A stretch of DNA of 64,000 nucleotides from a virus, in the IMG/VR virus record IMGVR_UViG_3300030090_006322, positions 27,434-91,433 of that record; one strand, written 5' to 3'. The notes under the pieces are model-generated. The model was not told where the DNA came from. It searched no databases and was given only the letters and a program-made list of their open reading frames with translations. Below are positions 1-10,680 of the stretch, piece after piece. Numbering within the stretch: the stretch's first letter is position 1; each line of letters opens with the position of its first letter. The translations under genes were made by a program, and so were the position numbers.

Positions 1-18
1 GATAGAGGTGTTTTAGGT

Positions 19-1089
19 TCAGGCATCACTAAGTAATAAAGCGGTCTTTATTTCTTTTTTAGTGAAGCTTGAAGAGTTGTTTTTAACAAAATCGCAAATA
101 AATTTAACTTGTGCTTTCTGATCTATTGATTTTTCCGACCAATATTTCCTAATGTCACAATTATCTAAATGAGCATCACCAAAATCATTATATGACTTAG
201 GTGGAAATTTTACACTCAAAGCGTCAAGATCGAAGTAATTAGATAATTTTAAAAAGCTCTTTAACGCTGCAATAAACCCTCTATTTTTCCCACTATTTTC
301 GTCGTTATTTGTTGAAATATATATATGGCTGATAGACCTACTACTAAGGTAATTAACAATATTATTATTAACAGATAAGCCAAAAATGACAAGAACATTT
401 CTAATATTTTGTTCATAAAGCGCCAATGCATCACCTATACTTTCTACTAAAATTACTTCTTTTTTTAATTCAATCTCTTCATCGACACCAGTGTCTTTAT
501 TATAGGCTGGATAAACCCAATTATTTCGTTTGCCAATATGTTTCCACTTGGCGTAATCATTGTTGTTATCAACCTTTCTTCCAGAAAATCCAATAATTTG
601 GTTATGTTCATTATATACAGGGAAGACCATTCTTCTATACATCTTTCCGACACCTGCCAAACCTACTTGGAAAGCTTTTTGAGTTTTTTCTGATATCTTT
701 CTATCTTTGTAAAAATTATAATTTGGGAATAATCGTTCTAATGAAGAATTTGGGTAAACTTTTTCCATTTCAATTTTTTCTTTTGGATAATAAGTAACTA
801 CATCGTTTGTAGAAGAATTAACTAAAATTTCATCTATTTGTTTTTTGTCTTTAACTGTAAGTCTAATCAAAGCCTCGAAAGGTTTGCAGCCCTTGTTTTC
901 TACAAAATCCATCCATACGCCTGTATTTTTGTATATTTTTACAGCGGTGTTGTTATCGCCATCTCTGTAGAGAGCTTGAGTTCTCCAGTGATCTCCACAG
1001 TCTATAAGTTTATAACCTATTGACTCTAAAATGCCTTGGAAATCTTCAGAATTGATCGAAGTCTGGGATTGTTTCTTGGATTCCATCAT
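19..1089 (-). CDS. dnaG: DnaG-type DNA primase
   Basis: RMVFPVYN..IIGFSGR and KWKH core motifs, Toprim motif ILVESIGDALAL, C-terminal NDFGD; adjacent to helicase. Confidence 0.85.
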   Translation of the reverse strand: MMESKKQSQTSINSEDFQGILESIGYKLIDCGDHWRTQALYRDGDNNTAVKIYKNTGVWMDFVENKGCKPFEALIRLTVKDKKQIDEILVNSSTNDVVTYYPKEKIEMEKVYPNSSLERLFPNYNFYKDRKISEKTQKAFQVGLAGVGKMYRRMVFPVYNEHNQIIGFSGRKVDNNNDYAKWKHIGKRNNWVYPAYNKDTGVDEEIELKKEVILVESIGDALALYEQNIRNVLVIFGLSVNNNIVNYLSSRSISHIYISTNNDENSGKNRGFIAALKSFLKLSNYFDLDALSVKFPPKSYNDFGDAHLDNCDIRKYWSEKSIDQKAQVKFICDFVKNNSSSFTKKEIKTALLLSDA

Positions 1090-2563
1090 TATCTAACTCT
1101 TCATGTCCCTCCAATACCCGAGCGATATCTCTAAGATCTCCTCTCTCTGTAATATTAAAATTATTAAAATCTAAATTAATTGCATTTTTTCTTAGAGAGT
1201 CACCTATTCTAACTGGTTCTATAGCTCCTGCTATATCACTACCTAAATGACGAGCCTTTACATTGATTAGTTTATGAGTTCCAAATCTACCTCCCTCTGT
1301 TTCCATTTCATCAGAGGTTTTGCTACGCAAGATGAACATGTGAGAACAAAACTGTGTAATTCTATCTGATAGAGAAACAATAGATTCGTCATCAACTATG
1401 TTGTCAGAGCTTCTATTTGTTGTAATTCCATATCTATTAGACTGCACAGATGTAATCATAGGTATTACGGGATTGCCATCATTTAAAATCTCTTTCTGAA
1501 CACATTTTTTAAATTTATCAACCATCTCTCCAACAACTTGCCATTCTGACTTGTTGGAAATATTTTCAGATGTTGTCTTAATGTAATCGAAAGAGAAGAC
1601 CATCTGGTTACCGCGCCCTACTTTTGCATAATAGAATCTTTTTAAAGTGTTGACCATCGAATCTACATCCATACCTCCTACGTTGTAGTAATAGAATTTG
1701 AGATTTTTTATCTTTGGCCAAACAGATCTTACTTTCTCTACCACTTCTTCGCCAGCTCGCCTCCACTTACCGCTTTCTAGTAAATGCATAGGCACACCAG
1801 ATAGGGCAGCACATTGCCTCATAATTAATTCTTCCTTGCTCATCTCCCCATTGTCGAAATGCAAAACAGGGACATCATATTGTAAACTAACTTTAGTGGA
1901 ATAGTCCATACAAAACTGTGTTTTGCCCACGCCAGATCGCGCAACAATCACAGTGATATTTCCAGCTCTTAAGAGAGATCCATAAATATCATTGATTTTT
2001 TGATGTGGACCCATCATCCCGAATTCTGTAACAGGATTATCTCCCCGCTCCTCTACAAGAGCTTCCATCTCTTCATAAATGTTTTCTGGAGTATCGTTTC
2101 CTATCTCATAAAGGTTTATACGAGAGTTATAAACATTATCAGCTACCTCGATAATATCCCTGTAAGAAGATTCGGGGGCTATGTTTTTCATCTTCTTAGC
2201 TATCTCTTGAGATGATTCTAAAATTTCTCTTCTTATCGTATATTTTTTTAGCTCTTTAGCTGTCTTAATAATATTACCTTTAGGAACTTTTCTTAAAGAT
2301 AGGGACTTGATATAATCTGAAGGGTTTAAATTATCTTCGAACGAAAGCCCGACTTCGTTGACTCTTTGAGCCACAATGATTTCATCTATTTCATCTCCAG
2401 CGTTAATTGCTTGTTGGATGATCCTAAAAATTGCAGAATGTAAAGAGCTTTGTTTAGAATAAAAATCAGAGTTGCTAATAAAGTTAGAAATCTCTGCGAG
2501 ACTCTCTGGCTCTTTAATAAGTCCAGCTAACAACTGCTTTTCTAGTTCGAAATTATATATCAT
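1046..2563 (-). CDS. dnaB: DnaB-like replicative helicase
   Basis: Walker A ARSGVGKT, FDNGEMS, FDYIK, SVQSNR, KARH; start placed at MIYNFELEKQLL (TAATG overlap with upstream stop). Confidence 0.9.
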   Translation of the reverse strand: MIYNFELEKQLLAGLIKEPESLAEISNFISNSDFYSKQSSLHSAIFRIIQQAINAGDEIDEIIVAQRVNEVGLSFEDNLNPSDYIKSLSLRKVPKGNIIKTAKELKKYTIRREILESSQEIAKKMKNIAPESSYRDIIEVADNVYNSRINLYEIGNDTPENIYEEMEALVEERGDNPVTEFGMMGPHQKINDIYGSLLRAGNITVIVARSGVGKTQFCMDYSTKVSLQYDVPVLHFDNGEMSKEELIMRQCAALSGVPMHLLESGKWRRAGEEVVEKVRSVWPKIKNLKFYYYNVGGMDVDSMVNTLKRFYYAKVGRGNQMVFSFDYIKTTSENISNKSEWQVVGEMVDKFKKCVQKEILNDGNPVIPMITSVQSNRYGITTNRSSDNIVDDESIVSLSDRITQFCSHMFILRSKTSDEMETEGGRFGTHKLINVKARHLGSDIAGAIEPVRIGDSLRKNAINLDFNNFNITERGDLRDIARVLEGHEELDNDGIQETIPDFDQF

Positions 2564-2805
2564 TAATCTTCCTCTCTTATTTGTTCTGCTGGGTGTTGGA
2601 AATGATTCTCCAGAGCCTTTGTTAAAGCAAACTCTGTCATACCGCAATCAAATTTGCAATATATAAGTGGCTTACCATTTTCAGATGAAACAGCCATAAT
2701 AACTCCTTTGTATTTATCTGCTCCTCCTGATAACTCATAAAGTTTATCGACCATTTCTGTTGGAATGCAAAATTCCCCATCATCACTTCCTTCTGGTAAA
2801 TTCAT
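2563..2805 (-). CDS. hypothetical protein
   Basis: 80-aa ORF overlapping both neighbours in the operon. Confidence 0.7.
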   Translation of the reverse strand: MNLPEGSDDGEFCIPTEMVDKLYELSGGADKYKGVIMAVSSENGKPLIYCKFDCGMTEFALTKALENHFQHPAEQIREED

Positions 2806-3209
2806 AGATAAATATCTTGTTCGCTAAATAAAGATGCTTGTATTTCGTCTTGAGGGTAAACTTCTGCTAATTTTATTTTATTAGCTTGGCAAAAATTTAA
2901 TTTCTTCTCATCTCTTTTGAGTTGATCGGCATATTTAAAATGATTTTTATGAAAGTGTTTAACGAATTTAGTATGTTGAGCGCCTTGAACTTCCACAGCT
3001 ATTTTTTTATTAGCATTGTAGAAATCCAAAGTCAATCTGCTGCCAACAACTCTAAACTCTTCAAACACAATATCATTCTCCCAATATGTTCGCAAAAATT
3101 TTTTTACGTTTGTTTGGAACTTACTCCTGCTAGGTTTGTCCCAATCAATTAAATATTTCTTTGCGTTTTTAAGGTTTCTTTCTTTTCCATACTGGTCAAT
3201 GAACTTCAT
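2802..3209 (-). CDS. DUF559/Vsr-like endonuclease
   Basis: LDFY..KKIAVEVQGAQH..RDEKK pattern. Confidence 0.7.
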   Translation of the reverse strand: MKFIDQYGKERNLKNAKKYLIDWDKPSRSKFQTNVKKFLRTYWENDIVFEEFRVVGSRLTLDFYNANKKIAVEVQGAQHTKFVKHFHKNHFKYADQLKRDEKKLNFCQANKIKLAEVYPQDEIQASLFSEQDIYL

Positions 3210-4315
3210 GCTCCGATTTGTTCTCTGAAATAATTTATCAAAAATTTACATAAATCCTCATCCTGATCCAGTGTTTTGAAAAGATTATTGTCGCCTTGTA
3301 TTTGATCTGGGAAAGTTAAGCTGTTTTCTTTTAAAAGCTCTTGAAAGTCTTCGGTGGGTTTAATCCAAGCACCCTTCTTTTCCACAAATTCCCAAGCGTA
3401 TAACAAGTCTACGATTTCTTTCTCAATCCAAATAGAGTTGCCACCAGATCGATTATATCTGACAGGGTAAGTCAAGCTTACATTAGATTTTTCATTAGGA
3501 GATTTGCAGATTAAAACTTTTGCAAAATGACCAATGATTGGGTTTTTTTTCTCGTCAATAGTTTTTACGCTAGGATTTTGAAGAATCAAATCGGATTTGT
3601 ATCTAGGCTGAAATTGAATAACGCTGTTAGCGTAATGCTGCAAGGCATATCCCCCTGTTGCTACAGACTGTCTAGGGGGTTCTTTAGAGTATTGGTCTCT
3701 CATTTCTGACCTTACCTGACTAATAAAAATAGCCATATGGCCCCTCTTGCCTAAAGCAATGCTGGTTTGTTTGCACCAAGTAGATGCGATGCTAGCTCCT
3801 GCGGCTATTTTGGCGAACTCATCAAAACCTTTAGACGCATCATTCTTGGCGACTAAACCATCAACAGAATCTAATATAAAACAATATTTATGTTTATTCT
3901 TTTCATTGTCAATGAGTTGTTTGATGCAAGTCATTGCTGTTTCATAAATATTCGTTTCTAAAACAAAACAAGTGCCGTCTACCCACTCATCTGCTGACCA
4001 CACAAATTTGACCCCAGACCTCTCTCTCACTTCTTTACCTAACCTGCCTTCAGCTTTAATATACAAGCCTCTGGGTTTTTCTATTGTGTTTAGAAAGTTT
4101 TTCATAACTTCTAAAGCCTCGGAAGTTTTTCCCCCTTCTGTTAGACCAGTAAAGCGATGTAACCCAGGTCCAAACCCTCCATTCATGCACAAATCAAATT
4201 GAAGAGAGCCGCTAGAAACTTTGTAATCGCATTCGTCTTCAAAATTGTAGTGGTCGCTTTTGTTGGATTTCAAGAAATTACCTAGAATATCGTTTGGGTC
4301 TGGTCCTTCACTCAT
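3206..4315 (-). CDS. RecA/UvsX-like recombinase
   Basis: SSGSLQFD..GG, Walker A GLTEGGKT, ILDSV, FISQVR, ATGGYALQHYA. Confidence 0.88.
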   Translation of the reverse strand: MSEGPDPNDILGNFLKSNKSDHYNFEDECDYKVSSGSLQFDLCMNGGFGPGLHRFTGLTEGGKTSEALEVMKNFLNTIEKPRGLYIKAEGRLGKEVRERSGVKFVWSADEWVDGTCFVLETNIYETAMTCIKQLIDNEKNKHKYCFILDSVDGLVAKNDASKGFDEFAKIAAGASIASTWCKQTSIALGKRGHMAIFISQVRSEMRDQYSKEPPRQSVATGGYALQHYANSVIQFQPRYKSDLILQNPSVKTIDEKKNPIIGHFAKVLICKSPNEKSNVSLTYPVRYNRSGGNSIWIEKEIVDLLYAWEFVEKKGAWIKPTEDFQELLKENSLTFPDQIQGDNNLFKTLDQDEDLCKFLINYFREQIGA

Positions 4316-4655
4316 TTAAAAAATCTTTTATAGTTTTATTTTTACGGGATAAATTGCCGTCTTTACCCACCTTCTCGCCAAGATTATAAGTCTTGTATTT
4401 AGAAAAGTCAACCTTAAAATTGAAAGCCCTGAATTTTTCATCAAGAGTGGATTTAAGCTTATCGCTGACAAGATAAGCTAATGAATCAAATTTTTTGTTA
4501 AATGACACTATCGCCATAAACTCTTGAGAATAACGATCACACAAATCGTTAAGCATTTTCATCTCTCGGGCAAAAAAAGGTCTTCTGCCTTTATCTGGAA
4601 CCTCTAATAATCGGAAGAGTATTTCTCTTTTATTCGGTCCTTTAGATTTGCTCAC
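4308..4655 (-). CDS. hypothetical protein
   Basis: 115-aa ORF coupled to neighbours. Confidence 0.7.
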   Translation of the reverse strand: MSKSKGPNKREILFRLLEVPDKGRRPFFAREMKMLNDLCDRYSQEFMAIVSFNKKFDSLAYLVSDKLKSTLDEKFRAFNFKVDFSKYKTYNLGEKVGKDGNLSRKNKTIKDFLNE

Positions 4656-5701
4656 GGAAAAGTTTGCAATGAAAATACATCACAGTCAACCATTTTTTTA
4701 ATCAATTGTAAAAAATTAGTTTCTGGTTTCCAACCAAGCTCTTCTCTTGCTTTGGTTGAGTCTCCCCATAATAAATCCACTTCTGCTGGGCGATAAAAAT
4801 TTTCGTTCACCTCCATGAGACAATCAGGCCCATGAAAATATTTTTCTTCCATTCCTTTACCCTTCCATTTGCATTGAGTTCTATGAAAGCCAACAAAATT
4901 AAAAGCTTCTACTACAAACTCTCTAATGGTGTGGGTTTCATTAGATGAAAGCACATAATCTTTTGGGTTTTCTCTATCTTGATTTAGCATAAGCCAAACC
5001 CCTTTCACAAAATCTTCAGCATCACTCCAATCTCTTTTAGAGTCGATATTGCCTAATTGAAGAGGTGTGGTGGTTTGCCCTGATTCATACTCTTTTAGGA
5101 TTCTAGCAACATTTTTAGTTATTTTCCTTGTGACAAACTCCTCTCCTCTTCTAACTCCCTCATGATTAAATAGCCAACCCTGAACTGCATAAATATCATA
5201 AGAATCTCTATAAACCTTGACTAAATGTCTAGCAGACGCTTTAGACGCTCCATAAGGGCTTCTAGGGCGCAAGGGATGATTTTCTGATTGTGGAGACTCA
5301 ATAACATCCCCAAACTCTTCAGAACTGCCAGCGTTGTAATAACGACAATGAGGAACATGGCGGCGAATTGCTTCTAGCTGATGCAAAACAGACATACAGT
5401 TAGTTTGCATGTGATTAAAGGGCATGTCCCAACTACTACCGACAAAAGAATTCGCTGCGAAATTAATAAAGTAATCGGGTTTATGTTCTGAAATAACTTT
5501 TTCCGTATTTTGCGGATCAGATACATCTAAATCAATTAGAAAAAACCTTGGGTTGTCTTTTAAATGTTTTATATTCTTATGGTTCTCGACACTAAGCCTA
5601 CGCACACCACCAATAATATCGTGTTCAGTGTTTTTTAGAAGATAATCTGCCATCAGACTACCATCTTGACCAGTAATTCCTGTTATTAATATTTTTTTCA
5701 T
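4652..5701 (-). CDS. gmd: GDP-mannose 4,6-dehydratase
   Basis: ITGITGQDGS, PRSPYGASK, LFNHE..RRGEEFVTRKIT, RDWSDAEDFV, YRPAEVDLL. Confidence 0.95.
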   Translation of the reverse strand: MKKILITGITGQDGSLMADYLLKNTEHDIIGGVRRLSVENHKNIKHLKDNPRFFLIDLDVSDPQNTEKVISEHKPDYFINFAANSFVGSSWDMPFNHMQTNCMSVLHQLEAIRRHVPHCRYYNAGSSEEFGDVIESPQSENHPLRPRSPYGASKASARHLVKVYRDSYDIYAVQGWLFNHEGVRRGEEFVTRKITKNVARILKEYESGQTTTPLQLGNIDSKRDWSDAEDFVKGVWLMLNQDRENPKDYVLSSNETHTIREFVVEAFNFVGFHRTQCKWKGKGMEEKYFHGPDCLMEVNENFYRPAEVDLLWGDSTKAREELGWKPETNFLQLIKKMVDCDVFSLQTFP

Positions 5702-6612
5702 TATTCGTTAATATACCAGTTGTAAGTTTTTTCTAAACCTTCTTGCAAGGTTGTTTCGGCGGTAAAGTTAAGCTCTTTTTTTGCTTTTGTTGTATCTAAA
5801 CATCTGCGAGGTTGCCCATTTGGTTTGCTTTCGTCAAATTTTATTTCACCTTTGTAGCCAACAATATCTTTTATTAGAGTCACTAAATCTTTGATTGATA
5901 TTTCTTTACCAGTTCCGATATTCATTGGTTCAGGAGAATTGTAAGAATCTATAGAAAGCTCTATGGCTTTAGCACAATCACCTGCATACAAAAACTCCCG
6001 AGAGGCAGATCCATCTCCCCACACTTCTACAAATGGCGCATCCTGCTCTTTAGCTTCAATAAACTTTTTTAAAAGCGCTGGTATTACGTGAGATTTTTCA
6101 GGATCAAAGCTATCATATTCACCATACATATTAACTGGGATAAGATGTATAAAATTGCTGCCGTATTGATCATGGTATGCCTTGCATCCTACTAGAAGAT
6201 TTTTTTTAGCTATCCCGTAAGGAGCGTTTGTTTCTTCAGGATAGCCGTTCCAAATATCATCTTCTTTAAATGGAACTGGAGTAAATTTTGGGTAAGAGCA
6301 AACAGTGCCTAATGTAATCAATTTTTTAATATTAAAAATATGACAAGCAGACAAAACATTTAAGCTCATTTGAGAATTTTTTACAAAGAAGTCTGCTGGA
6401 GATTTTTGATTAGCACCAATCCCGCCGCACACAGCAGCCAAATGAATAATACAATCGGGCTGGTGATAAAAAACATAATCATTAAAATCTTTAGAAGAGC
6501 AGACATCCAACCTAGACTTGCTAGGGGTGAGAAGTTTGTATTTTTCTTTAAGAAGCTCTGTGAGATGCTTTCCTAAAAACCCCCTTGATCCTGTTATAAG
6601 TATTTTTTTCAT
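5701..6612 (-). CDS. fcl: GDP-L-fucose synthase / ColC-like reductase
   Basis: HLAAVCGGIGAN, TVCSYPK, NAPYGIAKK, SHVIPAL, VWGDGSASREFLY. Confidence 0.9.
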   Translation of the reverse strand: MKKILITGSRGFLGKHLTELLKEKYKLLTPSKSRLDVCSSKDFNDYVFYHQPDCIIHLAAVCGGIGANQKSPADFFVKNSQMSLNVLSACHIFNIKKLITLGTVCSYPKFTPVPFKEDDIWNGYPEETNAPYGIAKKNLLVGCKAYHDQYGSNFIHLIPVNMYGEYDSFDPEKSHVIPALLKKFIEAKEQDAPFVEVWGDGSASREFLYAGDCAKAIELSIDSYNSPEPMNIGTGKEISIKDLVTLIKDIVGYKGEIKFDESKPNGQPRRCLDTTKAKKELNFTAETTLQEGLEKTYNWYINE

Positions 6613-6613
6613 T

Positions 6614-7390
6614 TTATTTAGAGTTAATTGAACATGTTTTCCAATTTAAGAAAGGAAAAATGTTTCCATGCCATTTAATATAATCATCAACATCAGGACA
6701 GATTACATTATCTTGGTTGCCCAAAAAACCTATCCACCAACTAAAGGTTCCTAAAGATAAAATCTTATTGGTAAATCTAGAAGCAGTTAAAATAGTCTCT
6801 TGTTCTTTAAGGTCTAAAAATTTAAAATTATAGTCTGAAATTAAAGTTTTTACAAAATCATGTTCAGGAGAGTCACTAGACAATACAAGCTCTCCTTTTA
6901 AATCTGTTTCCTCTAAAGCCTTTTTATAATATTCCAACTCACAATATTTACCAGGAGTATCGAGAATATCCCCTAGCCTTAAATGAATATAAGTTCCTTC
7001 TATTGGCTCTTGTTCTCCTAAGTTATTAAATAGTTTTGATTTGTTTTCGTTGAATTTATTAATAACCTCTTCGGCTTGAAAAAAACCATTTAGGAAAAAA
7101 TTTGATCTAGATTTATTTCCTCCTGTAAGGAAACCTTTAAAATTTTTATCGTCAACTTTTGCAAATTGTTTTTTATCAATACAGTCTAAATATAAATCAT
7201 CTTCTTGTGAAGAGTTTATAGAAAAACGATGATGAAAATGTTCGTTGTACCAATGGTTAGTATTTTTATTATTAATACTTGTAAATAAAGGATTGGCTAC
7301 GGTTTGACCGTAGTTTTCAGATAAAATTACCGCTACAAAATGCTGGAATAATCTATTACCAAATCTGCCTTTATAATCTATATAAATCAT
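6614..7390 (-). CDS. GT11 alpha-1,2-fucosyl/colitosyltransferase-like
   Basis: GRFGNRLFQ, IHLRLGD, GTFSWW. Confidence 0.8.
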   Translation of the reverse strand: MIYIDYKGRFGNRLFQHFVAVILSENYGQTVANPLFTSINNKNTNHWYNEHFHHRFSINSSQEDDLYLDCIDKKQFAKVDDKNFKGFLTGGNKSRSNFFLNGFFQAEEVINKFNENKSKLFNNLGEQEPIEGTYIHLRLGDILDTPGKYCELEYYKKALEETDLKGELVLSSDSPEHDFVKTLISDYNFKFLDLKEQETILTASRFTNKILSLGTFSWWIGFLGNQDNVICPDVDDYIKWHGNIFPFLNWKTCSINSK

Positions 7391-8541
7391 AATTCACCCA
7401 CAACATCCTTAATATAATTAATATCTTCAGTCGTTATTTGATGATTGTTCGGCAAATAAAATCCATAATCATCAACATAGTCTGCATTTTTCAGACTAAC
7501 CTCTCCATAATTTTTTGTCCAAAAAGGTTGCTTGCCCAAAGAGCCACAAATTAAAGGTCGTGTCTCAATATTATTTTCTTTTAACTTTTTAACTATTTCC
7601 GTCCTGTTTGGATGAATAACTGGATAAGCAAAACTAGAAATATACTTATCATCTGTAGACTTAGGAGGTACCCAAGTAGAGTTAGTAAAAGCCTCTCTAT
7701 ACAGAGCATAATTATCATTTCTTTTCCCTACAATCTCATCAAATCTTTTTAACTGGTTGATACCTAAAAAAGCCTGTAGATCTGTAGATCTAAGATTAAA
7801 ACCCAAATGATAAAATTTATATTGTGATTCGAAATCATTATCGACAGAGAATTTTTGTTTCAAAATGGAGGAATGTTTAGAACTCATGTCCCTGTCCCAG
7901 CCGTGACTTCTTAAAGATTTAAGTAAATTGAAAATATCTTCGTCATCTGTGCAAACCATCCCTCCTTCAATAGTTGATAAGTGATGACCATAATAAGTAG
8001 AAAAACAAGACATTGTACCGAAGTTTCCTAGCTTTTTGTTTTTGTAAGAAGAGCCTAAAGATTCGCAAGCATCTTCGATCATAATGATATTTTGCTCTTC
8101 ACAAAATTCTACAATCTCATCCATTTCTGGCACTAACCCTAAAACAGAAACTAAAATTAAAGCCTTCGCTTCTTCTGTCGCAGCAAGCTCTTTAAGGTGA
8201 TTAACGTCCACGGAAAGATCTGTTAGATTGCAGTCACATAAAACTGGTTTTAGACCAAGCTGCACAACAGGAGACAAATCTGTAGCCCAAGATAAAGCGG
8301 GGACAATAACAGTATCTCCCCTTTTTAAAGCTCCACTTTCTATTAAAGAGTAAACTGCTATTAGTAAAGCGGAAGAGCCAGAATTAACAAAAACAGAATA
8401 TTCGCAACCTATTTTTTTAGACCAAAGCCTTTCATACTCCTCTGTTAACTCCCCTTTAGTTAATCTGGGTGAGGTTTTTAACCATTCACAAAGAGAGCTA
8501 ATCTCCGAATCAGATATTGTGTCATAAGCTAGTTTAATCAT
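7387..8541 (-). CDS. DegT/DnrJ-family PLP enzyme, ColD-like 3-dehydratase
   Basis: VNSGSSA, EDACESLG, FSTYYGHHLSTIEGG (His at the catalytic Lys position), LRSHGWDR. Confidence 0.8.
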   Translation of the reverse strand: MIKLAYDTISDSEISSLCEWLKTSPRLTKGELTEEYERLWSKKIGCEYSVFVNSGSSALLIAVYSLIESGALKRGDTVIVPALSWATDLSPVVQLGLKPVLCDCNLTDLSVDVNHLKELAATEEAKALILVSVLGLVPEMDEIVEFCEEQNIIMIEDACESLGSSYKNKKLGNFGTMSCFSTYYGHHLSTIEGGMVCTDDEDIFNLLKSLRSHGWDRDMSSKHSSILKQKFSVDNDFESQYKFYHLGFNLRSTDLQAFLGINQLKRFDEIVGKRNDNYALYREAFTNSTWVPPKSTDDKYISSFAYPVIHPNRTEIVKKLKENNIETRPLICGSLGKQPFWTKNYGEVSLKNADYVDDYGFYLPNNHQITTEDINYIKDVVGEL

Positions 8542-9634
8542 CGGGTTTAAATTTATTTATTACTCCGCAGATATATTTTAATTGTTTTTTGCTTATATTG
8601 TATGATGAAGGCAAAGATATTCCACTCTCAAAAGCTTTTTCGCTAATAGGTAATTTTGAATCTGTATTGATAAGTTCAGAATTTAAATAGCAAGGTTGTT
8701 TATTCAAGGGATAGAAAAACTCTCTTGTTTGAATTCCATTATTTTTTAAATAAGAGATTAATTTTTCTTTGTGATCTGTAAAAAAAGAAGTGAACCAGTG
8801 GACTGGAGTGGTTTTGTGGTTTGTCGGGATTTGTTGTAAAAAAGAATTTTTTATGTTTTTATAATAAAATTCAAAAATTTCATTTTTCTTTTTGATGACT
8901 TTTTTAAGTTTATGCAATTGAGATATGCCGACTGCCGCTTGCATTTCTGTAAAGCAGAAATTAAAACCTATTGATTCATGGACAAAAACACCTTTACCCG
9001 ATCTGCCATGATTTTTCATTTTATAGCAATCCTTTATAACTTTTTCATTTGGGCTTAAAACCACCCCTCCTTCTCCACAGGTAATTGTTTTATTGGCGTA
9101 AAAAGATAATACACCTGCATCGCCAAAAGTCCCTACATGCTGCCCTTTGTATAAGACTCCCATGCCTTGGGCTGCGTCTTCTATAATTTTTAAATCATGG
9201 GATATAGCTAACTCTTTCAAGCTGTCCATGTCGCAACTTTTTCCATAAAGATGCACGGGCATTATTGCTTTAGTTTTTGAAGTAATAACTTTTGAAGCTT
9301 CTTCAGCAGACATGCATAAACTATCTTTATCAACATCACACAAAACAGGAGTTGCGCCAGCAAATATGACTGCATTCGCTGAAGCAATAAATGTCATATT
9401 AGGAACTATGACCTCATCTCCCTCGCCAATACCTAGAGCTTTCAAAGCACAAAAAAGAGCAGCAGTGCCATTAGTCATAGACACGGCATGTGGAGAGGAT
9501 GTTATTTTTTTGATTAAACTCTCAAATTCTTCGTTTAGCTTATATTCAGAAACAAAGGTGGACTTAACAACTCTTTTTAATTGTTTGAGTTCTCTTCTAT
9601 CAATCCAAGGCTCAATTTGAATTACTCTTTTCAT
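8534..9634 (-). CDS. DegT/DnrJ aminotransferase, GDP-perosamine-synthase-like
   Basis: NGTAAL, PVHLYG, IEDAAQ, SFYANKTITCGEGG (catalytic Lys retained). Confidence 0.82.
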   Translation of the reverse strand: MKRVIQIEPWIDRRELKQLKRVVKSTFVSEYKLNEEFESLIKKITSSPHAVSMTNGTAALFCALKALGIGEGDEVIVPNMTFIASANAVIFAGATPVLCDVDKDSLCMSAEEASKVITSKTKAIMPVHLYGKSCDMDSLKELAISHDLKIIEDAAQGMGVLYKGQHVGTFGDAGVLSFYANKTITCGEGGVVLSPNEKVIKDCYKMKNHGRSGKGVFVHESIGFNFCFTEMQAAVGISQLHKLKKVIKKKNEIFEFYYKNIKNSFLQQIPTNHKTTPVHWFTSFFTDHKEKLISYLKNNGIQTREFFYPLNKQPCYLNSELINTDSKLPISEKAFESGISLPSSYNISKKQLKYICGVINKFKPDD

Positions 9635-10007
9635 ACAGTGAATCGTAAGCCTTCTGCTCTCTAATTTCAGAATTATAGTGTTCGTTTATTTTGTTTTTCA
9701 TTATAAATCTTTCGTCATTATACCGAGCATTTAACCTAGCGAATTCAACAAATTGATTATCAAATTCTTTTTTAGATTCTTTGTCTCTAAAACCAGCTTC
9801 GGTTTCCCAAATTTTAGAATTAATTAAAAACAGTGGCTCATAAAGATGACTTTCAATTTCGATTCCTTCCTCTTTAAGAGCATCCAAAAGCATCTCCTTT
9901 TCAGCTTTAATGTAAGATAATCTATATTCGTCTTGAATGTTTTTTATTTTTAAATCAAGAATTGTAATTCTATCGAAAACTTCTCCTATGGCTACTTCTA
10001 CTTTCAT
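9612..10007 (-). CDS. DUF6165-like protein
   Basis: GEVFDRITILDLK..NDERFIMKNKIN..SEIREQKAY pattern. Confidence 0.6.
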   Translation of the reverse strand: MKVEVAIGEVFDRITILDLKIKNIQDEYRLSYIKAEKEMLLDALKEEGIEIESHLYEPLFLINSKIWETEAGFRDKESKKEFDNQFVEFARLNARYNDERFIMKNKINEHYNSEIREQKAYDSLYEKSNSN

Positions 10008-10011
10008 TTAT

Positions 10012-10680
10012 TTAGTCGCTTAAATATAAATATTTTTTTAAGTCTTTTCTTAGTTGTTTTTGTTGTATATTTTCTTTTTTTCTAAAAACGTGTAAACTGT
10101 CAGCTTGATCAATTCTATCAAAGTATTTTTCTATTGCTCCATATGATCTTACCTTTGCATCAAAATCGTGAACCAATAGATATGAGTCTTTCTTCATTTT
10201 CCCAATAGATTGTAGGCAGCAAGCCACTCTGAATCTTCCATCAACTAAAATTAAATCGGGAAAATAATTTCTTCTGCTTTTCAAAAAAGCTGAATATTTT
10301 GGCCACTCATCTATTTTTTCATCATTTTTAGGATGACCGTGATTTGAAGAATTAGCATTTATGTCAACATAAAAAACTTTTGCTTTTTTAGGTAGATCAT
10401 CTTTTACGTGTTCTATCCATTCTTTATCAGATTCAACCGAGTAAATTTTTTTTATATTTTTTTTAGAAGAAATATAAAGAGTGCTTCCTCCACAACCAAA
10501 CTCAAAAACAGTTTTTACTTTTGAAATATATTTTTCTAGTAAATTGGTTTCTGCACTGTTCATAAGAGGCATAGGGTTTTTTTTGTTAAAAACCTCTAGT
10601 TCGATCTCTCTACGAACCCAATCTGTATTGAAGGCAAATTTAATTGCCTCTATCGCGTGATTACCTACTACATCAAACAT
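10012..10680 (-). CDS. class I SAM-dependent methyltransferase-like protein
   Basis: VFEFGCGGST, SVESDKEW, LILVDGRFRVAC, LVHD. Confidence 0.7.
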   Translation of the reverse strand: MFDVVGNHAIEAIKFAFNTDWVRREIELEVFNKKNPMPLMNSAETNLLEKYISKVKTVFEFGCGGSTLYISSKKNIKKIYSVESDKEWIEHVKDDLPKKAKVFYVDINANSSNHGHPKNDEKIDEWPKYSAFLKSRRNYFPDLILVDGRFRVACCLQSIGKMKKDSYLLVHDFDAKVRSYGAIEKYFDRIDQADSLHVFRKKENIQQKQLRKDLKKYLYLSD

